Assembly (NCBI RefSeq): GCF_006345805.1
Contig: NW_021830031.1
Location: 186,001-250,000 of the forward strand
DNA: 64,000 nucleotides
Direction of reading: 5' to 3'
From: Octopus sinensis
Lineage: Eukaryota
Under the pieces are notes generated by a model, which was not told the DNA's origin, made no database searches, and saw only the letters and a program-made list of their open reading frames with translations. Both the position numbers and the translations under genes were made by a program. Positions 12,508 through 24,844 of the stretch are shown here, in pieces (the stretch's first letter is position 1; each line of letters opens with the position of its first letter).

Positions 12508-12885
12508 AGGCGCAGGAGTGGCTTTGTGGTAAGTAGCTTGCTTACCAACCACATGGTTCCGGGTTCAGTCCCACTGCGGGGCACCTTGGGCAAGTGTCTT
12601 CTGCTATAGCCTCGGGCCGACCAATGCCTTGTGAGTGGATTTGGTTGACAGAAACTGAAAGAAGCCTGTCGTATATATGTATATATATATATGTATGTGT
12701 TTGTCCCCCTAGCATTGCTTGACAACCGATGCTGGTGTGTTTATGTCTCCGTCACTTAGCGGTTCGGCAAAAGACACCGATAGAATAAGTACTAGGCTTA
12801 CACAGAATAAGTCCCGGGGTCGATTTGCTCGACTAAAGGCGGTGCTCCAGCATGGCCGCAGTCAAATGACTGAAACAGGTAAAAG
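12508..12885 (+). mobile_element. tRNA-derived SINE family A (head GGCGCAGGAGTGGCTGTGTGGTAAG, internal (TA)n/(TG)n, tail ...GCAGTCAAATGACTGAAACAAGTAAAAGAG)
   Basis: Representative copy; others at about 13569-13955, 14479-15084, 15864-16254, 20745-21100, 21128-21470, 32943-33345, 35910-36280, 37890-38500, 42362-42600, 42638-43045. Resembles the octopus OK/OR-type SINEs; family assignment not made. Confidence 0.9.
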
Positions 12886-13530
12886 AGTATATATTTGCCT
12901 CGTGTGCAAAAACATGTAAAATGTCCAAACAGATCTGTTCAATCATCTCATTCTTGGCTAACACTGGAACTCTCCGATGTAAGGGAGAACTCTGATCCCT
13001 TTTCTTCATTCATTTCTGTTGTGTTACAGAATTGCCAAAGTGCAGGCTTGGCTGTGTGGTTAAGAAGCTCATTTTGCAGCCATGTGGGTTTGAGTTCAGT
13101 CCTACTGCATGGATCCTTAGACAAGTGTCTTCTATATCCCTGGGCTGATCAATGCCTTGTGTAAGCCAGTTGGATATTTGTATGTATGTGTGTGTGTGTG
13201 TATGTATGTATGAATGAGCAGAATAAAGCATGAGTTTTTTTCTTATATTATTATAATGTAATTAATTAAATAATCTTTACATGTGTTTCATTAGCAAATG
13301 CTGGTATGTTGTGTGGTAGTCGTTACGTAGACAATTGCACCATCACATTGAAATACCAGATCTTCAGAAAATAATAATTTGATCTATAGTTATTTACCAA
13401 GCTCAGTTGGCTGGCTAAATATGGACTATATATATAATGATTATTTCACTTAGACTGATAATGCTTTGGATCTGCTCAGGAATAAATCTGATCCAACTCT
13501 CTTCCATCATATACACCTACACACATGCAC

Positions 13531-13563
<33 letters not shown>

Positions 13564-14171
13564 CTTTTGGCGCAGGAGTGGCTGTGTGGTAACTAGCTTG
13601 CTTACCAACCACATGGTTCCGGGTTCAGTCCTACTGCGTGGCACCTAGGGCAAATGTCTTCTACTATAGCCTTGGGCTGACCAAAGCCTTGTGAGTGAAT
13701 TTGGTAGACGGAAACTGAAAAGAAGCCTGTCGTATATATGTATACATATATATGTATATTTGTGTCTGTGTTTGTCTCCCTTCCCCCAACATCGCTTGTC
13801 AACCGATGGTGGTGTGTTTACATCCCCATAACTTAGTGGTTCCACAAAAGAGACTGATATAATAAGTACTAAGCTTACAAAGAATAATCCTGGGTTCGAC
13901 TAAAGGTGGTGCTCCAGCATGGCTGCTGTCAAATGACTGAAATAAGTAAAAGAGTTAAAGATATTTTATATATGTATATATAATCCATGTGGCCTAAAGT
14001 TTCATGGTTGTGTATGACAGGTTTGTTGTGTGGTAAGGAGTTTGCCTCTCAACCTCATAGTTTCGGGTTCATTCACAGTGTGGCACCCTGGACAAATGTT
14101 ATCTACTATAACCCCAGGCCACACAAGTTCTTTTGAGTAGATTTGCTAAGCAGAAACTGCAAGAAGTCTGT

Positions 14172-14208
<37 letters not shown>

Positions 14209-14767
14209 ATATATATATATAAAATATTAGGAAAAAAACACCTTTTATCAATTCAAAATGAATAATTAAATTACACCATCTAGAAAATTACTTATAATAG
14301 AAAAGTTAAAATTAAAATAACAATTAAAAAGTAGTTAAAAGGTGTTTTTTTTCTAATATTTTATATATATATTATATTGTGTGGAATTTGATTTAGTATT
14401 TCTAAATTGAATTCTTTTTCCTTGTAAGTTTGGATTTTATTCCCTCAAATAATAATTATATATATATATATATATACAGGCGCAGGAGTGGCTGTGTGGT
14501 AAGTAGCTTGCTAACCAACCACATGGTTCCGGGTTCAGTCCCACTGCGTGGCATTTTGGGCAAGTGTCTTCTGCTATAGCCCTGGGCCGACCAATGCCTT
14601 GTGAGTGGATTTGGTAGACGGAAACTGAAAAGAAGCCTGTCGTATATATGTATATATATATATATATATAGTTAATCCAAACAAGAAAACACAAAAAACA
14701 CAACAACGCTAGGACTTAGAACAAATATAGTATTATTGGATGCTCAGGAAAGAAGGGAAGAAGGAGG

Positions 14768-14802
14768 GTTTAACGTTTCGAGCGTAGCTCTTTGTCGGAA
14801 AC
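14768..14802 (-). ncRNA. Minimal type I hammerhead-like motif in a roughly 200-bp Penelope-like insert (about 14670-14870)
   Basis: GTTT-CCGACAA-A-GAGC TAC GCTC-GAAAC-GT-T-AAAC: stems I and II pair, palindromic ACGT stem III; two core deviations. Confidence 0.6.
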
Positions 14803-15084
14803 ATAGGAGAAGGGAAGACAGAGGAAAAAAAATCGCCAACGGTACACACGAGGTCACATTTTTTCAATATATATATATATATATATTTGTATGTGTGTTT
14901 GTCCCCCTAGCATTGCTTGACAACTGATGCTGGTGTGTTTACGTCCCCGTTCGGCAAAAGAGACCGATAGAATAAGTACTGGGCTTACAAAGAATATGTC
15001 CTGGGGTTGATTTGGTCGACTAAAGGCGGTGCTCCAACATGGCCGCAGTCAAATGACTGAAACAAGTAAAAGAGAGTAAAGAGT

Positions 15085-15705
15085 ATACCATGTATACTCA
15101 AGTAGTAGTCGATCTCATGTAAAAGTCGACCCTAGTATTTCACGAACAACTGGACATTTGTGGGTCAAGGTACCATATAAAATTGTGTGGTTACCTTCCT
15201 GTAGCCTGCTCTGCAGGTGGAATGTTTGCTGCTTATAGTAAAACACCATTTAATAGCGGGCACCACACATCTGTTGATGGGTGTTGCATCACCATTTCTA
15301 AAATGTACACACAGGATATTCCGCAAGCACAATAAGCATATCAGTCATACTCTCATTGTTTACATGGTGAGAAACGTGTTTCACAGATGGCCCTTTTGGC
15401 GAACACTGACAAATGCCATTATCTGAATTCGAACAAAGGCATGACTTTGGTAAGCCTAAAAACATTCAATTAATCGCTAGACCTTTATATCTTACTAGGA
15501 TGTGTGTTTTGCTAATAATACTGTAATTTGTTGTGTTTTTGTTTTCATTCGCTTAGAGATCAGTTGGGCCTGTTGTTGTTGATTGATATGGTACTTTGGA
15601 TTCTAGCTTGAATTTCAGCCCCTCAAAAGTAGTATCCATGTAATAGTTGACCCCATAAATTTGACTTTAAAAATGGTCTAAAAAATTTGGCTTTTACACG
15701 TGTAC
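15085..15705. mobile_element. Degenerate Tc1/pogo-like non-autonomous element
   Basis: Ends resemble TACCGTATATACTCGAGTATAAG-type TIRs (taccatgtatactcaagtag ... ggcttttacacgtgtaca). Confidence 0.4.
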
Positions 15706-16582
15706 ACACACACATGCGCGCGCCTGTTTGCAGTTAAAACCAAAACGGTAAAATTAATAAAGTGGCACCGGCAATTGCTAGAAATGAGTCAAAATTTAAC
15801 TCAAACAACCATATAAAGCACTAACCTCAATGAGGTATATGGGAATTCACATGTATATACATAGGCGCAGGAGTGACTGTGTGGTAAGTAGCTTGCTAAC
15901 CAACCACATGGTTCCGGGTTCAGTCCCACTTCGTGGCATCTTGGGCAAGTGTCTTCTGCTATAGCCCTGGGCCGACCAATGCCTTGTGAGTGGATTTGGT
16001 AGACGGAAACTGAAAGAAGCCTGTCGTATATATATATATGTGTTTGTGTGTCAGTGTTTGTGTCCCTAGCATTGCTTGACAACCGATGCTGGTGTGTTTA
16101 TGTCCCCGTCACTTAGCTGTTCGGCAAAAGAGACCGATAGATTAAGTACAGGGCTTACAAAGAATAAGTACCGGGCTCGATTTGCTCGACTAAAGGCAGT
16201 GCTCCAGCATGGCCGCAGTCAAATGACTGAAACAAGTAAAAGAGAGTAAAGAGTATGTGTATTTTATATATGAAGACCAAGTGTATTTTTTTTGTTTTTT
16301 TGCATCATTCTCTCTCTCCATATATATGTGTGTGTGTCTGTCTGTTAATCTCCCACTGTTGCTTGACAGTCCATTTTTGTTTTTATGTTTGTGTGTCTCA
16401 GCGATTCAGCAAGTGACCTATGAAATAAATACCAAACCCAAAAAATAATGGGGTCGATTTGTTCAACCGAAACCCTTTGGAAATAAAAGACACCCACACA
16501 CATGCACACACCCACATGCGCATGTGTCCTGTTTGATGTTGTGTGGAAAGATGGCTTCAGTGTTTATATATTTCCATTTCAG

Positions 16583-16660
16583 GCACTTTTTGATTACGAA
16601 GTTGATAGTGATGATGAATGGGAAGAAGAAGAACCAGGGGAGAGTTTATCTTCATCTGAG
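16583..16660 (+). CDS. CHAF1A: CHAF1A exon (ALFDYEVDSDDEWEEEEPGESLSSSE; acidic domain)
   Basis: tttcag / GAG|gtaagt; hallmark DYEVDSDxEWEEEEPGESL; missed by the ORF track because it is short. Confidence 0.95.
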
Positions 16661-17077
16661 GTAAGTTGATTTTTTTTTTTACCTGTTTCATTTTTAACCC
16701 TTTTGTTACTAACCCGGCCAAAACCGGCTCTGGCTCTGAGTATGAATGTCTTGTTTTCATAAGTTTTGAATTAAAATCTTCCACGAAACCTTAGTCACAA
16801 TTTATGTTCCTGACATTAGCTGAATGCTGGCTAAGTTATTTTACTAAATTCTTTGTTATAGTTAAAGTAATTGAAAGAAACACAGAGCATCTCAAAAATA
16901 AATACGGTAACGAAAGGGTTAATAGACTTGTTAGATTTTAATCCCTTTATAAAATTATTTAGTAGCAGTAGTCTACATTTAATATAGTTCTCAGGGGCTC
17001 TTAGTACGATGCAGAATATGACGAGTCTGGCCTGTGGAATTACAGGTACGACTAAATGGTTTTAGAATTTTAGAATA

Positions 17078-17310
17078 AGGCGGCGAGCTGGCAGAAACGT
17101 TAGCACGCCGGGCAAAATGCTTAGCGGTATTTCGTCTGTGTTACATTGTGAGTTCAAATCCCGCCGAGGTCGACTTTGCCTTTCATCCTTTCGGGGTTGA
17201 TAAATTAAGTACCAGTTACGCACTGGGGGTTGATGTAATCGACTTAATACCTATGTCTGACCTTGTTTGTCCCCTCTGTGTTTAGTCCCTTGTGGGTAAT
17301 AAAGAAATAG
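17078..17310 (+). mobile_element. SINE family C (AAGGCGGCGAGCTGGCAG head; GAGGTCGACTTTGCCTTTCATCCTTTCGGGGTCGATAAATTAAGTACC domain)
   Basis: Other copies at about 22218-22450, 25084-25279, 38085-38305(-), 43440-43900, 56605-56815, 57473-57936; the central domain resembles Meta/Sauria-type SINE domains (inference). Confidence 0.85.
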
Positions 17311-17430
17311 GTTTTAGAATTTTGACTTCAGAACAGCTTTATTTTATTGTTAAAAAAAATTTCTTTGTAATTCTTGTAAAAGTATTTCGGCGTATTTCAT
17401 TGCTTCAATTTCTGATATTTTCCGCTTTAG

Positions 17431-17538
17431 GAAGAGGAAGAGAAAGACGACAAAGAAGATGATGAAGATGAAGAGGATGGCTGGATGGTACCGCATGGCT
17501 ATTTGTCTGAAGGGGAAGGCTGTGTTGAAGATGATGAG
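17431..17538 (+). CDS. CHAF1A: CHAF1A exon (EEEEKDDKEDDEDEEDGWMVPHGYLSEGEGCVEDDE)
   Basis: ctttag / GAG|gtacat; conserved DGxxVPHGYLSxxEG. Confidence 0.95.
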
Positions 17539-18420
17539 GTACATTTTATGTTGGTGTCTATATATGTCTTGAAGCCCCTAACAGAAAAACAAACGTTCAC
17601 AAACCCATTTCCCTCTGCTTACCATTCCGTCTTTGTTCATGTGTGTGTGTGTATTATTATTATTGTTGTTGTTTAACATTCTCTTGTACGGGTCAGATGG
17701 AATTAATTCAGGTAGGGTTTCTACAGCTGGAGACCCTTTGAATTGCCAGCCCTCACCTGTTTTCAAGCAGGGTACTATTTACTCACAACTAGACATGTTC
17801 TTCATGGAAGACTGGAAATAAACGACACTGCTTGTATGATGGTGATGCTCATTTACAGCCATCAAGTGATGTTGAGACGAGTACACAAGCATGTGCATGC
17901 ACACACATATATATATACAAGTACAGATACACAAATACACACACACACACATATATATTTTTAAAAATCCAAATTGAGGAAATGGCTACATGTTTCCTAG
18001 TTTTTTCAGTTTATCAAACTTCAATATGGGAAAAGCCTGCAACTTTCTACATCAATAAACCATTGTTGTTCCTGGAAGTTGTTTTTTATAGCTTCAACAG
18101 ACTGCTCCAAGCTTACTAACTTCCTATACCTTGATCCTTGGAACTTACAGTTTACATATCATTATATATATTTGTGTGTGTGATCTTGTGTTCAGTTCTA
18201 TTGCGTGACACCTTGGGCAAGTATCTTGTCCTACAACCCTAAGCCGAACAAATCCTTGTGAATGGATTTGGTACACGGAAACTGAAAGGAGCACATCATG
18301 TGTGTGTGTGTGTGTGTATGGATATATGCGTGTTTGTGCTTCCTTGTCTTCTACTATAGCCTCAGGCTGACCAAAGCCATGTAGGTGGATTTGGTGGGCG
18401 GAAACTGAAAGAAGCCCATG

Positions 18421-18625
18421 GGCATATGGCATAGTGGTTAAGAGCGCGGGCTACTAACCCCAAGATTCTGAGTTTGATTCCAGGCAGTGACCTGAATAAT
18501 AATAATAATATCGAAAAATACCTTATGACACCTGATGAAGGCTGAAGGGTATATCAGCCGATACGTTGTGTTAACAACAAACAAGATGAGGACAAATATC
18601 CGTCAAATATAAATAATGTAAATAA
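18421..18625 (+). mobile_element. Family H copy 2, inserted in a family A SINE
   Basis: Imperfect 15-bp TSD TGAAAGAAGCC(C/T)AT(G/C) at 18406-18420 and 18626-18640; hammerhead motif at 18527-18572. Confidence 0.75.
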
Positions 18626-18657
18626 TGAAAGAAGCCTATCATGTATGTGTGTATGCA

Positions 18658-18696
<39 letters not shown>

Positions 18697-19202
18697 TCAT
18701 CATCGTTTAACGTCCGTTCTCCATGCTAGCATGGGTTGGACGGTTCGACCGGGGATCTGGGAAGCCAGAAGGCTGCACCAGGCTCCAGTCTTATCTGGCA
18801 ATGTTTCTACAGCTGGATGCCCTTCCTAACGCCAATATATATATATTTGTGTGTCTGTGTTTGTCCTCCTACTGTCGCCTGACAATTGATGCTGGTGTGT
18901 TTACAGTTCGGCAAAAGAAACTGATAGAATAAGTACTAGGCTTGCAAAGAATAAGTTCTGGGGCTGATTTGTTCGACTAAAGGCGGTGCTCCAGCATGGC
19001 TGCAGTCAAATGACTGAAACAAGTAAAAGAATTAAAAATATGATGATGATGATGATGATATAATTAATGGTAGAACAGCTCTCTGCATATTCAACATTTT
19101 CATTTGTAAACTTCACTTGTTCTGTATCTTCCAGGTATTTAGTAATAAGCTTTTGTGTTTTTTTTAACACCCTTTTATTTCATTTCCTAATTCAAACAGC
19201 AG

Positions 19203-19358
19203 GTGACTCCTGAAATATTGAAGGCCCGCCGAGCTGCCAAGGCTGAAATATGGGAGAGACAGAGAAATCAGCAAGGTCTGCCTCACAAACCAGAATACAT
19301 TGGCTGTATATGGGATGGATCTGGGAAAAGTGATGTTAATATATTCAATGAATACAGG
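19203..19358 (+). CDS. CHAF1A: CHAF1A exon (VTPEILKARRAAKAEIWE...IGCIWDG...NEYR)
   Basis: Tandem acceptor cagCAG (alternative start 19200) / AGG|gtctgt; phase 0-0; IGCxW motif. Confidence 0.88.
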
Positions 19359-19580
19359 GTCTGTATCTTAGACGTTTTTTTTTTCTTTCTTTCTTTCTTT
19401 TTTTTTCAAAATTATTTTGTTAGTTTGTTTCTATACTGCACATGTGTACGTGTTGTGTTTGTATAATATAAATGTGCATTTGTCTCTGTGTATATACATA
19501 CATACACACTTATACATGAGCACACATGCGTAATTTAGACATGTTTGTTCTCTTCTCAGTTTCGTTCCCTCCTTGTATTT

Positions 19581-19618
19581 TCTTTCTGTAGAAGAGTGTA
19601 TGCTTGAAATGTAAAAGA
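19581..19618 (+). ncRNA. Degenerate minimal hammerhead-like motif
   Basis: TCTTT-CTGTAGA-A-GAGT GTAT GCTT-GAAAT-GT-A-AAAGA; 5-bp stem I, A6 altered. Confidence 0.4.
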
Positions 19619-19686
19619 TTTGACCATCTACTTAGCCATAAAATAAGCCTAAAACACTTATATATACAAGTATGTGTGTGTGTGTA

Positions 19687-19968
19687 TCTTTATATATAAA
19701 AGTGAAGTTGTGTGTCTGTCTCCTACGATTTAGATTCCTAACTACCACATTTTGCGGTGCAGTGTAACCAAAAGCGGGTATCTTATAGTCGTGATTCTGG
19801 GTATTAGCGCGCGTCTATGATGAGTCTACAATTTAAAAAAAAATTTACCATCATTTCTTCCCATTTTTATTGCATTTTTTTGCTATTATATAAGGAAAGT
19901 AACTCTCTAAAAATGCTTATATAGTTATTTCCCTTACAAACCCGAGCAACGCCGGGCAATACTGCTAG
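19687..19968 (+). mobile_element. Non-autonomous Helitron
   Basis: A|TC 5' end, CCCGAGCAACGCCGGG subterminal hairpin, CTAG|T 3' end. Confidence 0.88.
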
Positions 19969-21744
19969 TATATATATATATGTATACACATGTATATTTG
20001 TGTGTGTGTATGCAAAATAAAAATGGTTTTGGTTGTATGTAGGTTACATTTTTTACCATTTACTCTTGCTTCAATAATTAGACTGCGACCATGCTAAGGC
20101 ACAAAGACACATAGACATATATGTACATGGCTGTGTGGTTAGGGAGCTTGCTTCCTGGCTACATGGTTTCGGGTTCAGTCCCACTGCGTGGCACTTTGGG
20201 CAGGTGTCTTCTACTATAGCCCCGAGCCGACCGAAGCTTTGTGATTGAATTCGGTAGACGGAAGTTACTGCCGTGTGTGTATATGTGCGTGTAGGTGCTC
20301 AGTGCCTCTCCGAAAGAGAGAGAGGGTATGTATGATATATATTTATATATGACGGGCTTCTTTCAGTTTCCATCTACCAAATCTACTCACGTGGCTTTGG
20401 TCGACCTGACGCTATAGTAGAAGATACTTGCCCACTTGTGTGATACCTTTGGCAAGTGTCTTCTAGTATAACCTCAGGCTGACCAAAGCCTTCCTTGTGA
20501 GTAGATTAGGTAGGCAGAAACTGAAAGAAGCCTGTTGTGTGTGTGTATGTATATATATAGCTGTGAGTGTCTTTGCGTTTGTGGCCTGCAACTTAGTGGT
20601 TTGGCAAAAGTGACTGATAGAATAAGCTCTAGGATTAAAAATGAGTCCCAGTGTCGATTTGTTTGACTAAAACTCTTCAAGGTGGTGCTCCAGTATGGCT
20701 GCAGTCAAGTTACTGAAATAAGTAAAAGATAAAATACAAGCACAGGATGTAGCTGTGTGGTAAGTATCTTGCTTACTAACCACATGGTTCTGGGTTCAGT
20801 CCCACTGCATGGCAATTTGGGCAAGTGTCTTCTACTAAAGCCTCGGGCCGACCAAAGCTTTGCGAGTGAATTTGGTGGGCAGAAACTGAAATAATCCCAA
20901 TGTATGTATGTGTGTGTGTTTGTTCCCCCAACATTGCGTGACAACCGATGCTGGTGTGTCTGTGTCCCCATAACTTAGCAGTTCGGCAAAATAGACCGAT
21001 AGAATATGTACTAAGCTTACAAAGAATAAGTCCTGGGGTTGATTTGTTTGACTAAAGGCAGTGCTCTGGCATTGCGACAATCAAATGGCTGAAACAAATT
21101 AATGAGTAAAAGAAAATATATACATATAGGTGCAGGAGTGGCTGTGTGGTAAGTAGCTTGCTTACCAATCACATGGTTCCAGGTTCATTCCCACTGTGTG
21201 GCACCTTGGGCAAGTGTCTTCTACTATAGCCTCGGGCCGACCAAAGCCTTGTGAGTGGATTTGGTAGACGGAAACTGAAAGAAGCCCTTCATGTGTGTGT
21301 GTCAGTATATGTTTATGTGTCTGTGTTTGTCCGCCCAACATCGCTTGCCAACTGATGGTGGTGTGTTTATGTCCCCATAACTTAGCGGTTCAACAAAAAC
21401 ACCGATAGAATAAGTACTAAGCTTACAAAGAATAAGTCTAGGGGTCGATTTGCTCGACAAGTAAAAGAATATATATACATTTTTATTGACATATATTTGC
21501 ATGTATGTTTATGTGTGTGTGCATGCAAATGGAAGGTACCTTTTTAAGATCATTTTATGCTAGAAAGCTGATTTTTGGCATTGAATAAAGATTGATGAAT
21601 TAAATACTAAAGTGGTGGCTAGGGTCAATATAATCAATCAAATCCCTTGAGGGCACTAGTGACCTAACATTACCGCAAACCAATGGCTGGGACCAATTAT
21701 TAGAGAATATAACTTATGAGTTGTTATTGTTCCTTTTTTGTTAG

Positions 21745-21865
21745 GTGACCATCATAAATGGAGAAATGCCAATTACTACATCCCATAATAGAGCCCCGAA
21801 AGATGTGGAACCTACGGAGAACAAGTCTGGGAATAACCTGAAGAAACGTATTGTTCCAGAAGAAG
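21745..21865 (+). CDS. CHAF1A: CHAF1A exon (VTIINGEMPITT...KKRIVPEE)
   Basis: tgttag / G|gtatgt; ends in phase 1, matching the last exon. Confidence 0.85.
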
Positions 21866-22439
21866 GTATGTATATAGAAATGTCTTTATCATCGTTTAAC
21901 ATATGTGTTGGCATGGATGGATTGGACAGTTTGATTTGGAACTGATGGATCCTACGACTACATTGTGTTCCAGTGTTCGTGGTTTCTGCAGCCCTAAACC
22001 CTCCTAAATGCCAACCACTTTACAGTGTGTGCCATCAGCACTGTTGAGGTCACTGTATAGATTGTAAATCTTAAAAAAATCCAGAGAGGGATGCTTTCTC
22101 TGTATCGGTTCTACTTCTGTCTTCTCTCTTATTTAGTTGGAACATGGATTCCCTTGACCCTTCTCATTCCCAGATACCATCAGAAAATCTCCTGATTGTT
22201 GTGTATAGGGTATGGTATAAGGCGGCGAGCTGGCAGAACGTTAGCACACCGGGCGAAATGCTTTGTGGTATTTCGTCTGTCTTTACATTCTGTGTTCAAA
22301 TTCCGCCGAGGTTGACTTTGCCTTTCATCCTTTCGGGGTCAATAAATAAAGTACCAGTTACGCACTGGGGTCGATATAATCGACTTAATCCGTTTGTCTG
22401 TCCTTGTTTGTCCCTTCTGTGTTTAGCCCCTTGTGGGTA

Positions 22440-22650
22440 GTAAAGAAATGGGTATATGGTGGTGGCAGTGTCAACGACAACAATTGTGGTGATGGTTGAG
22501 GTGAAAGATGGTCATAGAAATAATAATATTTGCGTAGTTGATAGTGTTGTAAAGATGGTGGAAACTGATAGTAGTTGCAGTGATGATTGTGATGGTATGA
22601 ATGATGATGATGATGAGACAAGTGGTGGTGATGATATTGCTAATTGATGT
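22440..22650. repeat. GAT/GGT/GTT low-complexity tract just upstream of the CHAF1A last exon
   Basis: Degenerate trinucleotide runs; source of spurious ORFs. Confidence 0.7.
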
Positions 22651-22667
22651 TCTTGTTTATGTTGCAG

Positions 22668-24025
22668 CTCTTCCAGATTTGATCAAGTTTGTCCACGGAA
22701 GTCGTACCGGCATCAAGAAGCTCGTCGTTGAATTCCAATCTTACTGGAATATGCAACATGCTAATATGGTTGCCAAAATGGCCCAAGAGGAGTCAAAGAC
22801 GGAACCAAGCAGCGACATCACACCAGGCACTCCAGGCGAAAAAAGCGATGCCTGTAAACAGAACAGCACTCCCAACACGTCTGTGACTGAAACCGATGCT
22901 CCAGAAGAAAACTCCATCATCTCTAAACGCCAGCTAGAAAAGAAGATATTAGCGATAGCGGTGAGAGAAAAGAGGGTTGATTACTCCAAGATCTGCTGGT
23001 ATGTTCACAATGATATTAGGAAACAATATGGCCTTGAAGATTTACCATTGAAGGACAAAACGTCTGAGATAAAAGCTCAAGAAGAACAGATGGCAGCAGC
23101 TGCCGCTTTGCAGTCTACGAAGAATTCCCAACAGTCATTACCAACGACGCTTGAAGCAAAAACACCGAATGGTAAAGGCGGAAGTAATGACAAAACTCCT
23201 GCTCGTCCTGCACCTAGTGACCAGATGTCCATACTCAGCTTTGCCCAGACGTCCGATAAATTGAGCTCCGTCCGAACTGTTGCAGCTGTAGCCGACAGTG
23301 TCAGCTGCAGCAGTAGTAGCAGCAGCAGCAACAACAACAACAGCAACAATGGTGATATTGTTGTAACAAATGATATCAAAGATAATGCTAAATCGCCTGC
23401 TAAGAAGCCTTTACCTCGTGACCAGATGTCTATCTTGAATTTCACAAAGGCAGCTCCACAGAGTTCAGAAAAAACGGCTTTGCTGAGTACAGTGAAGGCA
23501 GATCAGCAGAGTAGGGATAAATCTGTGTCTTTGAAGAACGCAGACAGTAGCTCGATGTGTGACAGTGTCATCGTTATAGACGACACTGATAAGTATAACA
23601 GCAGTGAATCCAAGACAAATACTGATGGTAAGAGTGTGGAACTGAAGACTAGTGGTGAAAGTAAGACTGTTGAAATGAAAGAGGCAAGAGGCGAAGGTAG
23701 CAATGTTGATGATATGAAACCAAGCATCAATTGTGCGAGTAAAAGCAGCTGTGACAGCAGTGTAACGAAACCAAATGTCAATGGAGATTGCAATGATGTA
23801 AAGCCAAGCAGCACTTCTGAAAGTATTGAGGGCAAACCGGGATGTGTAAATTTAGATGCAGTGAAGGAACCCATGAAGGATGAAACGACTCCTGATTTCA
23901 AAAAGTCGGTAAACCCACAGACATCAACAAATATCCTGCCTGCCACAGATCATTCCGTTTCTCCCCAGAATTGTAATTCTACTGATGTAGAGATGGTTGA
24001 GGAACCAAAATCAACCACTGGGTGA
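22668..24025 (+). CDS. CHAF1A: CHAF1A terminal coding exon: LPDLIKFVHGS...VEF, winged-helix region (ISKRQLEKKI...CWYVH), long low-complexity tail, TGA
   Basis: gttgcag acceptor in the frame of ORF 22601..24025; conserved p150 C-terminal motifs. Confidence 0.92.
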
Positions 24026-24547
24026 AGGGTCTTTAAAAAATAAAATTAAAAAAAAAAAAAACTGAAAAACAATGAAAAGGAGAAACAAAAAAAAACAAAC
24101 TGAAACAACTATATATATTTAAAATAAATATTTAAATTAGAAGGAAACACTTGTGACATGAAGAACACATATGCACACACACACACACACACACAAAAAG
24201 AAAGCCCTCTACACAGAACAGAAATCCTAAATGGCCATTCCGTCTTGATTTGTTACTTCAAACCAACTTGTAAATAATTATAAAGATTTTTGGTTATGGA
24301 ACTCCAAGAAAGATTTTTTTTTTCTTGTGGAGATGGGCTTTTGGAAATTTTTGGTGGAAGATAGCTGCGTGTGTGTGCGTGTATGTATGTGTAAAAGAAA
24401 AGGTCTACATTCTACATTTACGAATATTGTTGCATCTTTTCAACAAAAACAGCTTCAACAACACTATAGTAATGATGATGATGATGATGATGATGATGAT
24501 AATGTTATTTTCTGTGTGCAAAATTCTTTAAATTTTGAATGCTTGTG

Positions 24548-24553
24548 AATAAA
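24548..24553 (+). promoter_or_regulatory. Candidate CHAF1A poly(A) signal
   Basis: AATAAA followed by a GT-rich tract (about 24585-24610); other AATAAA at 24039 and 24123. Confidence 0.5.
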
Positions 24554-24844
24554 GTTAATTAGTTTGTGCACAAGGATCACAAAATCCTGTGTTTGTGTCT
24601 CTTGTGTTTTTTAACACAGATTGTTGACTGTAAGACATTTCTGTGTGTGTGTGTGTGTATGAGATGATATGTCATTTTCCTACCCAACTCTCTTCAAATT
24701 ATATACTGAGCTGATTTTGGTGTTTTGTAAAATAAGGGAGAAAATGTTGGAAACAAACATTCACTTGTGCAAGCATAAACAACACACACCCTAATGCGCA
24801 GTGATTCGTTTGTGTGTATATATATATCTATATATATATATATA

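Noticed and set aside
18421-18490. tRNA gene
   Set aside because: A/B boxes are present but there is no good acceptor stem, and it continues into a repeated body; the same holds for the other SINE heads.
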